Assembly (NCBI GenBank): GCA_973895155.1
Contig: OZ316895.1
Location: 4,079,659-4,143,658, forward strand
DNA length: 64,000 nucleotides
Direction of reading: 5' to 3'
Source of the DNA: Marsupella aquatica
Taxonomy: Eukaryota; Plantae; Marchantiophyta
In this document: piece by piece, positions 24,283 through 37,979 of the stretch
Layout of the letters: each line of letters starts with the position of its first letter
How positions within the stretch are numbered: position 1 is the stretch's first letter
Notes under the pieces: model-generated
Databases searched by the model: none
What the model saw: only the letters and a program-made list of their open reading frames with translations
Told to the model about the DNA's origin: nothing
Made by a program: the position numbers and the translations under genes

Positions 24283-27200
24283 TTGATGCCTGCATCCCTC
24301 ACCAGTTTGACTGTGGTTCATTTCCAACAGTGTGCGGGGGCGCATACTAAGGGGTGTAGCACATATGTTTGGGACCGATTCAATCGAGTATAATGGAAAC
24401 AAGCTGGGAAACAAGCTGGACGATCTTTAGAAAGAAAGTAAACTTTGGGCATATGCTGCATTCATTCACTTCACACCCCCAGTCATCCCTATTAAGTCTG
24501 CTTAGCATCCCCAAAGTCATGGTGTAGATGCTTAATTGGATACCTTAGGCTGTGAAACCATAGCTTTGCATTGAGCTGTATTTGTTAGATTAGAGGATGT
24601 CGGAGAATCTGTAACGTGCAAATTTTAGGAGGCTACCAAGCCCTGCAACACCTATTTGCGAACCCTTTCATGACCTACTCCTTGGAGGCTTGGAGGCCAT
24701 AGCCATAGGGTGTGGCCACAGGTAGCAGGTATTAGTAAATAGAATTAGAGTGTACCCAAGAATCTTTGATGTGGGAATTTACGTTTTAGTGTTTTAATCA
24801 AGAATCGTTAGACGAGGATATACCGTGCCTATTTGAGGTGGTCCTGAGTTATACCCAGGTTCCTCAAGCAACACAGGTCTCTCCACAGCATCCTGTCACT
24901 CGAGGTTTGCGTAATCCTCTTCTTACTCAAGACTCATAGGTTTATCTGTAGATCTATATCATGGAAAGCCTCCTCGTCGTAAAGGCAATCAGGCAAGCCA
25001 ATTGGGAAGGAAGGCCAAGGCAGCACGCAAATTTTGTTTCGCTTGCTAACTGCGGCAATTTCTACAATTGGAGATTCATTACTCGAGATCCATGCATTGA
25101 AATTTTGTTTGGCTTGTGAACGGCCGCCATTTTTACAATCGGATATTAATTACTCAAGATCCTCGCATTGAAATTGGATTTCTACTTTCAAAATTGTCTC
25201 GCGACATCATTTTTTCGTGATTTCCCGGCCCCCCCGCCCCCCCAAAACAGACTTTCGTAAACCACATTCTAATAAATTGGAAACATTCTGAATTAGCATT
25301 ATAGGGATATTGTAGTATAGAATTATATATTACAGGTTCCTGCTTGAAGTGTTCAAGAGGTCATCCTGTATTGCCTTAGTTGTCTGATTGCTGTAAATTG
25401 TATGGCAAGAGCCAGAATTGAGCCTTGATTTCTTCTCATGTATCAACTGTACGACAACGGATCATTCGAGCGAAAGCGTAGAAGAGAAATTCGGAAACTG
25501 AAGTAAATACATCTACTGTTAGTCCCGGTCTGAGAATCCTATCCTGGTCCTCAAGAGTGATGTTCATTAATAGACAGTCCCATTTCCATCCATCTTACTT
25601 CGATCCAATCTGCAGCTTGAAGCCCATGTGTTGCGGGTTGGAAAAGTTCTGTCCCTCAAATTAAGAACAAAAAGAAGGCATACCAAGAGTCTGCGGTGCT
25701 CCAGGTATCATGCCTCCGCATGCTGGACCATGAGACATTGTCTGTCGAAATCCCCGACTGATCGAGATGTTGGGACTTGTCCGCAGCTACAGTCTCAAGG
25801 CTCTTGGACTTCTTTCTGGGCTAAGGGAGCCATGGTTAGGGGATATATTCAGGTAGAGGTATGGAACAGTTGCTACTCTTGAACAGCAATTTAAATCCAG
25901 GAATACCAAAAGTCTGCTGAGTTTCCAATTTAATCGAGACCAAGTAATGCCACTGCATGCTAGACCGCGAGACTGTCACTCAGTGTTTCTTGCAATGAAT
26001 CTCCAATTGCAGTGTTGGGTCTTCTCAAGAGCTAGCCACAGGATGAAGATTGCGGCAGGCTCTTGCGCTTCTCATGATGCTTAGTTTGAGAGGTGAGAGT
26101 TAATTAAGGTACAGGAGGGCATTGTCGTCCTCAATTCCTCGTGTCACGCTTTCTGTCTGAAACGTACGTTAGTTGGGGGACCACCCGCAGTCTTCCTTCA
26201 TTATTTTACGCCATGTCAAGCTGGATCTCCGAGCTTAGGACTGGTTCACATTAGGGGTCCCACGAACGACATATGAGACTAACTTGTGGACTGTCCCAAC
26301 CCAATGAGCTGCAAAGTCTATGGAGTGAAAGCTTGGATGGAACAAGGCCTGGGGACCACAAACGTTGCGTCATTGCGTGTGCTTGGTTTTTCTGGCGGCC
26401 CCCAACCTATGAGCACATCTTTGAGGAGGGCGTTGGCTGACATTTCCAACGTGGGACGACTGCATTGGGTATGGGAAGCCTTTTTTTCGGGTAGGGAATT
26501 GTTAATTAAGAAGTGCTACATGAAAGAAAGTATTCTTTGTTTTTGTTGGTAGGGTGTTAAATCTCTCGCTCTCGCTCGTCTTTTGAGGGACTCTCTCTCG
26601 TTCTATATCTCTCGTCTTTTGAGGGAGGGAGATTCTTACGGTCGGGCTAAGTTCAGGTGTGCCTTATAGTGCATGAAAGCTATATTAATATGTCTTTGTA
26701 CTTTCATAGCAAGAATGCAACAACCAGCTTAATTTTTAAGGTTTTTCTTGCTAGCCCGGGTGTCACCTTGTGTAAAAGGAGAAGATGCTAAGAATACTCA
26801 TTCTTCAAATTTTTTACATTAAATTTTGACTCTTAGATCTCCCTAGATTTAAGGACAACCCTCAATTTCTGGCTGATGAAATACAGAAAGCTGCCACTTT
26901 TTGCCGAACTATTTTTTCATTGAGGTGGAATCTACAAATTTTTGCCACTATTAAAAACGCTGATGATAAACCCAGACACAGCCTATAAAAACGAACCCCA
27001 GACACAACCTGATCCAAATTAAAACTGGAGGAGAAATCTCAACCCAAAACGCAGACAGATGCAAAAACACAAACAACTCTTGTTTCTAGTTTTTCATTCT
27101 GAAAAAGGACATAGCTCAAGAACTTCAATCCAACCAATAAGAGTAAGCAACGTCTCAAAAGTTACCTGTACAACAGAAAACACAGGAGAAAAGCACAAGC

Positions 27201-30084
27201 TCAAGGCAAGGCAAGGCAAGACAAAGAAAGCTGGGTCTCTCCATGCCGCAAAATTCAGTGCCCTTGCTCCTCCCTATGGAGAGACAGACTAACAAACCGA
27301 AAACCCAGGGAAAAAATCCAAATAGACAAGGAGAAACAACTTATCAGAGTCTGAAATAAACACACCTGACAAGTAGAATCAATCAAGTGGAACAAGTCAA
27401 AGTCAAGTAACATGCCCCCTTACATACTGTAGAAGCCTCACAAAGGAGTGGTACAAGCATCTTACTAGCTAAGCCCCAAACAAAGCTAGAGTAAGGGCTA
27501 CCATCTAGAGTGAAGCCCCTAGACCTCGCCTAGCCAAGTCATGTAAGAAATGAAAGTAATTTCTATTTGTTGTCTGCAAATATTAGTGTCCAAAGGATGT
27601 GCATTGGGCTAGTTAATCTAATAGCTGGTACCAGAAGAGTGTCTTTGCATACTTTTATTCAGTGTATGCTCCTCGATTTGGTGTGGTACTTGGTTCTTGT
27701 TTTTTGCAACAAATACTATATGAACCGAGAGGAAGTAGGTGAAGAGCCAAAAAAGAAAACTCTTTTGGTGCTTGGTGATCAGGATCTCAAGCTTGGTTTG
27801 TTTCTCTCTCATCTGAGCTTGCATATCCCACACATCCTCTTTTTAAAAAAATTAACAAATAAGTTACTGATCCCACACATCCTTGTACATTACTGCATCT
27901 ATTTTGCTATTGTAAAGTGGCGTCTGATTCCATCCCTGACGAGAAGAAGTCAGACAAATCATTCTGTGGCAGATCTATTCTCCATGATTTTATTTTTTTG
28001 AATTTTATTTTTTTGAAAGGAGTGAAACTCCACCCAAGCAAGGGGTCCACGAAGATCTCAGCGGGTAAACTACTCTGGTGGGAAAACCCAATTTCTTAGT
28101 GGGTGAAATAGTGCAAAATTATCAGCGGCTAAGACCACTCTGAGTGCAGATCATGGGAGGCACTAGAGTGATAGCCTAGCCGCTACTCATGCAAAGAAAT
28201 AGGATATAGCGTTTCTCACTTGCAGCGTTGTCTCATGCACCCACTTCACTTAATACATGAAGGAGAAATATAAATTAAGGACATATAAAACCATAAACAA
28301 ATCATAACCTCGTGTTTGCGCAACACACACACCAAAACAACATGGTGCATGATGTCTCAGGCCCACCTAAAGGCGTGGAACCAGTCCACTCTAGGGTATA
28401 GGCTACTCCCTTATATAAAGGCGGTGTTTGGAATGATTAGGCCGCCTCTATATGGGCTACAACAACCTACCACAAACTAGCTATTCTTGCACAATAAGTT
28501 ATTTGGAAACCCCCTTAACCCAAATAGATGAACTTAGTAGTGGGGCCCATGAAATTCAGGAATGGTTTGTGTTTGTCACGGAATTCAGGATTGCCTTTGC
28601 CTTGCCTTGATAGGACCCCTGAGTGTTTATTGACCTTGAATCAATGTACCCAAAACTTCAGGGTCCTATCAAGTAACACATTTTTATTTTGGGGTCTGAT
28701 AAGCAAAACCATCCCATATGTTGCATAGCTCAACCATTATTATCGTACCTTGAAATGATTCTTTTGTTGGGACATATTGTTTAGGTCTGGACTTACGCTA
28801 CAAAATATGTGCAGAAGTACAGTAGAGCTCATCAACCCTTGATTGAAAGGCAAATCCATATTAAAGCTAAAAAACCCAATGAAAGATCACTATCCTCACA
28901 TTTTATGATTCTGAGGATCATCTCCCATGTGGACTGTCCTTCCATGGGATCTCTCCCATCTCACTTTCTCTCAGTTTTTCATAGTTCCCAAAAAACTACT
29001 CCCACTTATACTTTTACCTGTCTGAAGACCATGTGAATTTAAGGGGGGTTTATAAGTAGAATATAGAGTTCTCCAGATCTGGTCAACGCCTCTAGTCGCC
29101 TCTTACACCAAAAGGTCGGCATTGGACTTTAATTGGACTTTAATTAGAGGTGATGTAATGTGAAGATCAAGCCAACGAGCAAGCAAAGGTATTCAGAAAC
29201 AGTCAAGTGGAAGGTGTGGGCCACCTCCTGTAGCTTTGATCGACCAAGCTGAGTACGCGCCAAATAGATTGCCCAAGGGCTGGTAGCCACATGGGGGGGA
29301 CCTTGCACGAAATGCATGGAGGGCCCTATTTCAGCATTGCCCTTTCCTTCCAGAGAGAGCCTATCGCCCTACCGGTTTACTTCCCAAAGCTGCCTCAAAT
29401 TCAACCTATAGTCTACTAGGCCACCTACTGAAGACCCCCCCTACACTGGTAACAGGCACTTAGGCAGGCAAGGTGTCTAAACTTTGCAACCCTGGCCACC
29501 ATGCATCTATGGACCTGATGGGGGTGGTGGTGATTCGGTGCAGTGTGCACCTGCAGCAGTTCAAAGCTTGCCAGTCTCACCACCAACACAACCAGGATCC
29601 AACACCTTGCAAGCAGGACAACAAAGTGCTTGTAGATTGCGTAGGGAGGACCCAGCCCTGCCAGCCACCTATGTAGACCTCACAACAGACATCAGAATGA
29701 CACAATTATGCTGCCGTGCCCTTGGCAAAGTTAATTGAATAGAAAGCTGTCACGATAGCTGCATGCCACATTTGTTGAGAATGCCATCTTGTTGAGTGAG
29801 GTAACGGGTCTCAACCTCAAAACTGTACACTTCAACTACCTTAGTGGGTTAAGGTTACTGACAGAAAAAGTTATGGACTACCAAATTGGTGAACTATTAT
29901 AACATTTTGCACCATCACCATCTGTCATTGTGAGACTAGCGAGAAAAAAACTAAGACAAACTTTAACGCAACCCTGTGGAAAAAGTTATGGTCATTTCTT
30001 TATGAACACAAAAGTCTCAAAGAGAAAACATACACCAATGTGAGCCTCCATAATGCCTCCTCCTTCTCCACCTCCTCCTCCACG

Positions 30085-30420
30085 CTGATGGAAATCAAAA
30101 TAGAAGGAACTCACAGCAGTCTCAGTATAATCTTTGATGTCTTTGAAGTACTCCTGTCCATGGCTTAATTAAGAGAGAGCATTCAGTCCTAAAGTGCTTC
30201 ACAGTGACCACCTTAGTGAGGAATAACAATCTCAGTACTATTCTTGGTATTTTGGACTCCCCCTACTAGTTGATGGAAACCAAAATACAAGGCACCCATA
30301 GCAACCTAAATACAATCTTTGGTGTCTTTGGGCTCCACCTCCTCCTTAGTGATGGAAACCAAAATACATGAAATTCGTAGCAACGTCAACACCATCATTG
30401 GTATATTTGGAGTACTTCCA
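30085..30420. repeat. Degenerate ~80-bp repeats
   Basis: TGATGGAAA(T/C)CAAAATA...GCA...TTTG(G/A)...CTCC units near 30087, 30271 and 30349. Confidence 0.6.
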
Positions 30421-33400
30421 TGGGTTCATCCTCACTGATCCACAATGAAAACCTTAGTGAAAAACTGTTTGGCACAAGAGCATGGATTATGTGCAAGTTA
30501 GCAGAGAATTGATCAGTCAAAGTCAAAGACGTATACACTAGAGTGTGCATTTCTCAAATGGACGTTCCTATTCATAGGTCTTGTAGTGTACACTATTAGT
30601 ATCTTCGAAGTCAATATTGAATTAGAGCTACAGCACACAACAAAGGGAATAATACAAAAATTGAAACCAGAAAGGAAAAGAAAAAGCAAAGTGTACCAAA
30701 TACTGAGGTTACTGAGGTGGATCAGCTCTGACGATGGATTCACTTTTTAAGAGGATACTCTGTCTCTCTCTCCATTTGACGTCGTTAATGGTAAGGAGGA
30801 AGATCTTCGAATTGCCAAGGATTGAGTGTGAACATCAGCAAGAAAAAAGTCTCATCCACAACATATCCACAAATGTCAAAGATATGTTGAATGATATTCT
30901 TCCCAGAATTGTTTCATATCCACGTTAGCTGACCCTTTTTTAAAAATTTTATCGAAAGCCGAAAATGATTCCTTCCACAATTCCTGATTTTGGGGAAGAT
31001 GTTTGGGAAGATGTCATCAAATGGTTTTTCCCCCACTTTTGCTTCCTACTTTTCCAGTTGATTGCTTTCAGGTAACTGCACACCATGGACAACCCGTCTA
31101 CTAATAGTGGTCTATTCTAGGGAATTGGCTATTTCCTTACATCCCTCTTTTTCTTTCATGGCCTCCTAGCTTGTCTTTCCCCTAAGCCCAAACTCTTTAT
31201 TGTTCTTTTGGGGCAGGGCCCCTTGTCATCACTCCCTCCATCCTCCCCTCCCCTCCATCACCAATTTGAAACATAGTCTCCCGCCATGCTGCAACACCCA
31301 TTTGCACGTTGGCCATACTTATCTCTGCAATCCTGCATCGAGCTGAGTAAGGGCTGAGGGAAATAATGGCTATGCGAGCAGATGATACATCATGAATATA
31401 ACATATATAACTTGTATCCTCCTTAGGTATATCTAAACTCTAACTCTCTCTCTTAGCCTATCAAGTTCCCCATCATACCTTGCATCATACACTATTCTTA
31501 CAATGGAAAGGTTCCATCTGCTTGTCCAGCAGAATATATATTAACTAAGCTTGTATCCTCCCTTTAGATAGATCTAAACTCCAAACTCTAAAGCTCTTGC
31601 AGCCCTCAGATGCGATATCAAGTTCCCCATCATACCCTTTATCATGCACAGAAAAGTGCTGAGACCTGTGTGTAGATTCAAACCAGGTAAGTCAACAAAT
31701 CATCGGCCTTTACCCAAGTCAATTGTGATTCCCATAACGCACACCCTCAGTCGGTTGCTTGCACACCCATACAATTGAATGATGAAGTTTGGAAACTCTG
31801 AACTCCATCACGAGTCTCCCGTGTCTCCTTTCTCCTTTCTCCTGTCTCCTTTCGTTTATCTTAGACGGGGAGATTTCTCGTCAGTTCTGTCCACAGTGTT
31901 TGTGGCTAAGGACTGTCTGTCGAAGATAGACTCGTGGATTGTCCAAAAAACGTGACATGCCAAAAGAAAAACAAAAGAAAATGAAAATATCTAACGAGTC
32001 ACTCAGCACACACTCCCTACTGCAGCTGGTCTATCCTCAAATTCATTGACTTCCTTTGGCCTTTGCCATGCCTTGCCTTGCAGTTCTGGATTGAAGATCT
32101 CATCGCGTGCAGCCAGACATTTAATAATCTGATATAGAAGAACGAATATTGTCGCCACAGTGAGAGGCTACTCCTAAAAAGTGCCCTATGTAATCGCTTT
32201 CCAAACTCTCACTCACCCAACGACTCAAAGCAATCCACGTCTGTCTTTCAGCCTCATTGACTCGGTGCGCCTGCCTTGCCTTGTTGTTTCTTCCTTTGCC
32301 TTCGAATTGCTCCATAGGATTAGTTACTTGGTAGAGCTCAATTTAGTGAATTGTCTACAGCGATCTGCGATTGGTTTTCACAAGCATGGATGTCCGAGGG
32401 TTTCTTCCAGCAGAAAAGCTGCATCGGTACTTGAGTTGTCATAAGTATGGAGACCTCTGGAGTTTGGGTCAATCAATCAAGCAATCAATCTACCTGCCCA
32501 GCATACTTACAAGTTGTCGGCGTTCGTTCCGTTGCCCACTTCGATGAATGTTTACTTCATTGGTCGTTACGTCGTTTGCGTACATTGGAGGCAATCACTT
32601 GCAGCACCAACTCCTCAACTCCTGTTCACGAACTCTAGCAGTTTTTTTATTTGGCTCTAACTTAGAGTAAATTTTGTCATTAGGAAAGAAAACAATTAAG
32701 TCATCCACGTTTTCTGTCAAAGTGAATGAGATCGGAACACATGGGATTAAAATCTTTTAAACATTCTTCAAGATTGACACAATCATCAGAATCGGAAGTT
32801 AACTACGTATGCATGAACTAAGCTTGACATAATTCCATTCGACCACGAGATTACATCAATCACATCCTGATGGCTCCCCCTTGACACTGATTAAACTTTT
32901 TGCCGTTTAAATGGTCTACATAAGTGACAATCCCTGTTTGATCTGTTCCGAAGGAGTATTTATTGCATCTTCATAACGAGCATATTATTAGCATGTACAA
33001 ACTCAAACAATGAGGAGATCCCTGTCCTGATTAGTGAAGATGCTTGTTTGTTTCACATTTTCAGAACTTGTTTAGAGCTTCACCATGGATGCTCCCAAAG
33101 GGAAGTGCGTAAAACCCTGGCACGCAGTGAGTAGCAAGCTCTGCTGTGAGGAAGGAACCTTCAATTATTAAAGACACTACAACAACGTCAACACTAGAGC
33201 CCGCAAGCTTGAGTTTGCAACTGACGGTTTGCTTTATTGGAAAAAAAAAAAACTCAATCTTTGCTATACATGTTTATTAGCTGAGATGGGCAGGCAGGCT
33301 GGCTGGCTGGCACAATCCTTTGGTACCGTGTGGAGTTCTTCGTTGTTGGTTGGCTACTGTAGTTAGTGGGTGGGAGGGCCGGTAGACAATGGTTCACCAT

Positions 33401-34973
33401 GCACATAGATTAATGCTTTCCAACCTGCTATTGCATAACTTCCTCCTTTTCCAACGTTGTAGTTTCGTTGAGCTGCGTGTGGAAGTAGCTAATAAAGTAC
33501 GCGAGAGGCGTGAGCTCCAAATCTGGAGACTCACGAAGCGAAAAGGTCAAGGCGACAACATGCATGCATCTGGTATGTTGTTGAGTTTCAGGGAGCCTTT
33601 TCGTATCACTCTGTTATAGTGAGAAGGCCGAAACCATAATATGTGAAATTCTGAAAAGAATTCGTCTCATAGGAGTCAATTTGGCCAAAGGTGATGTACG
33701 AACTTCGTCGATAACAATTTCTGGACAGAGTCTAACTGTTCCTATCTTCTTCAATTGACCATATTGAAACACTCAAAAAGGTCACCAACCAAAAGGTACA
33801 AAGACTCAAACCAAGGGGCAGAGTGAATGGTACCACTGATACGGAATGTCTACTTTGCTAAAAGTCTTTTGATATCATTCTTCTCAAGTAAGACGGCCGA
33901 AGGCATAACGTGTGAAGCTCTGAAACAGTTTCGTATGAAGAAGTCAATTCTTGCAACGAAATTCGTCGATGACAAGTTTTTGGATGAAGTCTCTCTGTTT
34001 CTATCTTTTTCAATCGAGCATATTGAAATGCCACGGTGCAGACTCAAACCGTGCGCATAGTGCACTCAAAGCCTTTTGGTACATTTTTTTGCTGTAAGAG
34101 GGTCAATATGAAATTCAGAACAAAATTCGTCGGAAGGAGTCAATTCTTTTTTCCGTACGAAATAAATAGGCAAGGGTACCATGTACGAACTTCGTCGATG
34201 ACAATTTTCGATGAAGTCGTTTTTAATTGAGCATATTGAAACACGACGCTCAAAAAGGTCACCAAAAAAACGTGCATTGACTCAAACTATGGACAAAGTG
34301 TGTGGAACGACCAAGAGAGTCTTAATCTTGCTAAATATTGAATTGGTCTGCAGTCCGTGAGGGGGCTTTCTGTCTAGGCTCTTGGGTCTGGGTTTTCCTT
34401 TTGTTTCGTTCTGTCCTGCTTCCAATTTGAAGTTGAGGTTTTCATGTTCGAAAGAAAAAAATACTTCGTGTTGCAAAAGTCCTACCAAATCGTTTAGCTT
34501 GGGCTTATAGCCAGTACAACAAACAGAGCCATGGTTTCAGTGTTCTGTTTTGCCAAGTCAATCTTTAACTGCTAATCTGGGAATAACCACCATGCTCGTC
34601 TTTCGAATCGACCTGTCTCGATGCATGAGTGAGCACATTAGCGTTTCCAATTGACCCAAATGCCTCCACAATTGAGATGGCTATAGGCCTCTGTTTATAT
34701 TACGCTCCTCTTTCCATGTCACCGTCCACTTCTTCTTCAGAAATTATCCTTGCTTCACCATCTAAGTGTGTCTGTTTCCATAAATAAGTGTCCCATCCGA
34801 TTGTCTTATCGGATGTTTTGCTCGTGAATTGTTTCGCCGTCTTGTTATATGTTTTAGGATAGGACTTGCTGAGACGGTGAACACTGAAGGTGCACAGCTC
34901 TTTTGTTGGGTGATGGAGAAAAACAAACTACCCATTCAGCCAGCCGATAAGCGAATGATTTGGCTTTGGACCC

Positions 34974-35116
34974 CCAGGCAGAGGCTTATGTGTTTAATCT
35001 GATTTTGGAGATACGCTAGTGAGGTATATCAAAGACCTAGGGATACCCAGGCAGAGGCATATGTGCTTAATCTGATTTTGGAGATACACGAGTGAGGTAT
35101 ATCAAAGACCTGGGGA
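34974..35116. repeat. ~72-bp tandem duplication
   Basis: CCAGGCAGAGGC.TATGTG.TTAATCTGATTTTGGAGATAC...AGTGAGGTATATCAAAGACCT occurs twice. Confidence 0.9.
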
Positions 35117-36441
35117 TAGGTGAAACAATTGCGGACGAAAGAACCTTCTTAACCTTGGACCTTGACAGAAACTGATGAATCGTTACCCTTTCACAGAGGT
35201 CCAATGACCGACACGAGCCAAGGACGTTTACGGCCGATCTTTACTTGATACAATCGGTGGGTTCCTACTGGGCCATCAGGATAAAACATCCGCGGGCCAC
35301 TTGACACAGGATATTCATATAGCAAGGAAGCTCTCATGCAAACCAACCAAATCTAATGAAATCGAGCTATAGCCACTCTCTCGTCCCCTGCGCGGTACCC
35401 TTACAGTTTGTACGTATCTATAGAGAAGGCATCGAGGTTGGTTTTACAGAAAGCATCCTACTTATGCCTCCTTCGAGTTCTAAATAATCAGCCCACGAAC
35501 GTTCAATTCAATCATCTGCAGACCCTATAGTCTCAACCATTTTCATCTCCTCCGGTGTAACTTGGGAAAAGAACCTGTGTGTATGCACCGAGGTTGACTG
35601 TTGTCCTCGGCAACCTTTTTTCAGACCGGGACACAGGATAAAGATAGAAATGAAAACACAAACACAGAGAGCATAAAGCTCGCCAACAGGGGCAATCGTG
35701 GGCACCCTCCAGTACCCTCCCTGCGCTACCAACACTTACACAAGTAGGTCCCAATCCTCCACAATGCTTAGAATGGTCTGCATAAGTGACACTGATATTG
35801 AGTCCTGTCCTGTGTCTCCAACCTCCCGTCACGAAAAGGAACCAGTTATAGGTTGCTTACAATAGCTGGGACCCGGCACTGTAATCGATTATAAAGGTTT
35901 AACACAGGTATATTGAACACATAAGCAAAGCAACTATTTGTTTTCGCTTGACCTTCATACCTTGTTAGAATCATGTCCATTCCAGTATTTCTTTTCTTTG
36001 CCTGTGTGGACACATGACTGTGGTCAGACGTTAGCACAATGGCCAGAAAACAAATCAAATGGTATCAACGCCGCTAACAGGCCCTGGGCGTCAATTAACA
36101 CTTCTGAAGTTGTGCGTCTTAAGGACATACAACTTAAGAGCGACCAGGCGGTAGGAGCTTGACAGCTCCTTCACCTTCCGAATCAGAAAGGCCCGTCATG
36201 CACCACAAAGCACGGGCGAAGGATACCCATGGCTGAACAAAAAAGGAGTATTGTGCTGGCTCGTCTCGCAGGTAAGTCTAGGGAAACCTGCCACCGTTGG
36301 TAAACTTTCTCTCTGTTGTTATCCTTGAAACCTGAGATCCGTTAGATTTTTCACATCAAGCAGGCCTTGGCCTAAAGCGGAACAACTTCCAGCCTCTAAT
36401 GAGTCACAAGCAACCCTCCGGGTATAAAGTAAACCGCCTTG

Positions 36442-37979
36442 CTAGTTCTTCCTTCCTTCAGCAAGAATAACGTGATAGCCATGCCTGCCAAGACAGAGTC
36501 CAACTCGAACCAGGTCTCTTTGTTATTTGCCACGATCTCATGCATTCCGGTTTCATAGAAGGTATATGCACACCCTCACAACAACTCAAACATAGAATGT
36601 TAAAATGTCCTCTGCATTGTTTCCTCACCAATAAAGGAAAAGGCGAAAGGAGGAATGATTATTAGAAACTACGGTCCATAGAAAGGCTTCAAAAGCTGTC
36701 ATTCCTACTCTCTCACTTCTCACTCCGGATATGTGGAATTGAAATACCAACAGAAAGCAGGTGCTCGAGAGTAGCAAACTCACGTTGATTTGAAAGGGGC
36801 ACTGGTTGCGCCAACTGGTGTTGCAAACGCAACATCTTGAAAAGGACCCGCCATTTTCCCTCGTGGAAACCAACCAAGGTCGCCACCTTTCTTAGCTGAA
36901 GGGCACTCTGAGTATTCTGCTGCTATCTGTTACAGGGACACGTTCCGGGGGAAGAAGTGAGTTGACAACCTTGGGTCACCTTCCAAACCCAATACTTCCA
37001 CAGCATTCACTTTTATGGCGTTCTCCTAAAGCTCGCTCTCCACTGTATTTGTCTTTCCCTCAAGGAATAACTGTCCCTGACCTTAAGGAATTAACTGTCG
37101 ATGGTTAAATGAAAGTTGAAAATTCTCCAAAGAGAAGCAAAAGTAATAATCTATTTCCAGACAAACAGAAATCCATGTGCCTAAAATTCAGTTCGAGGAG
37201 GGTTTTCAAAGGAATGGAGAAAGCCAGCCGTACACAAAGGCCAGACCCCTCGAACCCTAAACCGAGCAACATTTCTTTACTGCACTTGACATGGATGAAT
37301 GGATTTTTAACGGAAAGATGGGCGGTTTCTTCCTCATTATGATAGTTTGCGAAGTCCAAGAAATTAATACTTCCGACGGAAAGGAATTTTCTAAGCACAG
37401 GGGATGAACAAGGATAATTAAAAAAAACAACTCCTGCCGGCAAACCAAAAACAAAACAGAATCGTTCAAGCGTAAACGGTTTCAAGTTTGCAATACCTTC
37501 GGAATCATTTGCCCATTTGGAACCAGAACAACATATAAGCAAACCAAAGACTGGTACCTTGGCGAATTCGGCAGGAGGAACCTTGTCACCATTGTTGAGC
37601 CAACCGTCCTGCAATTTCTTGTACGCCTCGTTAATCTTGCCCTGCTTCTCCGAGAGAATGTGCCTAGCTGCAAAGACGACGCAGACAAGTGCATTCAACG
37701 GACAGCACAAAGAGGATAAAATCCAAATTCGGCCACAAAATTCACAACAGGACCCATATAATCTTCGTCAGTGGGCAATCTCAAGTTTCACTCCTGCACC
37801 GACCCAGAGACCCATAAAGTCACAAACCAACCTTTCACGTAAGTACAAGTTCCCAGTCCGTCTGCCTTGGCACCACCTTTGCCCTTGCCTTTCCCTCCAG
37901 AGCTCTCGTCCGCTCCTCCGGCAGCAGCCTTGCCTTTGCCCTTACCGCCTGCGCTCTTGGCAGAGGAATCCTTCCCCAT
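36442..37979 (-). CDS. PIN4: Parvulin-type peptidyl-prolyl cis-trans isomerase (PIN4/Par14), 147 aa; join complement(37832-37979, 37558-37667, 36784-36926, 36442-36484)
   Basis: Basic G/K-rich N-terminus MGKDSSAKSAGGKGKGK.., then TYVKARHILSEKQGKINEAYKKLQ..PPAEFAK / IAAEYSECPSAKKGGDLGWFPRGKMAGPFQDVAF..APFKST / HGYHVILAEGRKN*. All three introns are GT-AG with consistent phases (148+110+143+43=444 nt). Confidence 0.97.

Larger units (their letters stand above)
23996..24329 (-). mobile_element. TRIM (non-autonomous LTR retrotransposon) with tRNA-like LTRs, Helenus-like
   Basis: Two 138-bp direct repeats with TG...CA ends (23996-24133, 24192-24329; about 83% identical by manual alignment) flank a 58-bp interior. 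On the minus strand the interior has a PBS TAGTATCAGAG (iMet-type TGGTATCAGAG, one mismatch) next to the 5' LTR and a PPT AAGGGAGGG next to the 3' LTR. Flanks GTTTG/GTGTG form a 5-bp TSD with one mismatch. Confidence 0.92.

Noticed and set aside
28258-28464. Possible solo LTR (TG...CA with TATA-like core)
   Set aside because: No target-site duplication or second copy could be found.
35740-35770. GPNP motif suggesting a CLE peptide
   Set aside because: The LHN ending is out of frame and there is no signal-peptide ORF.
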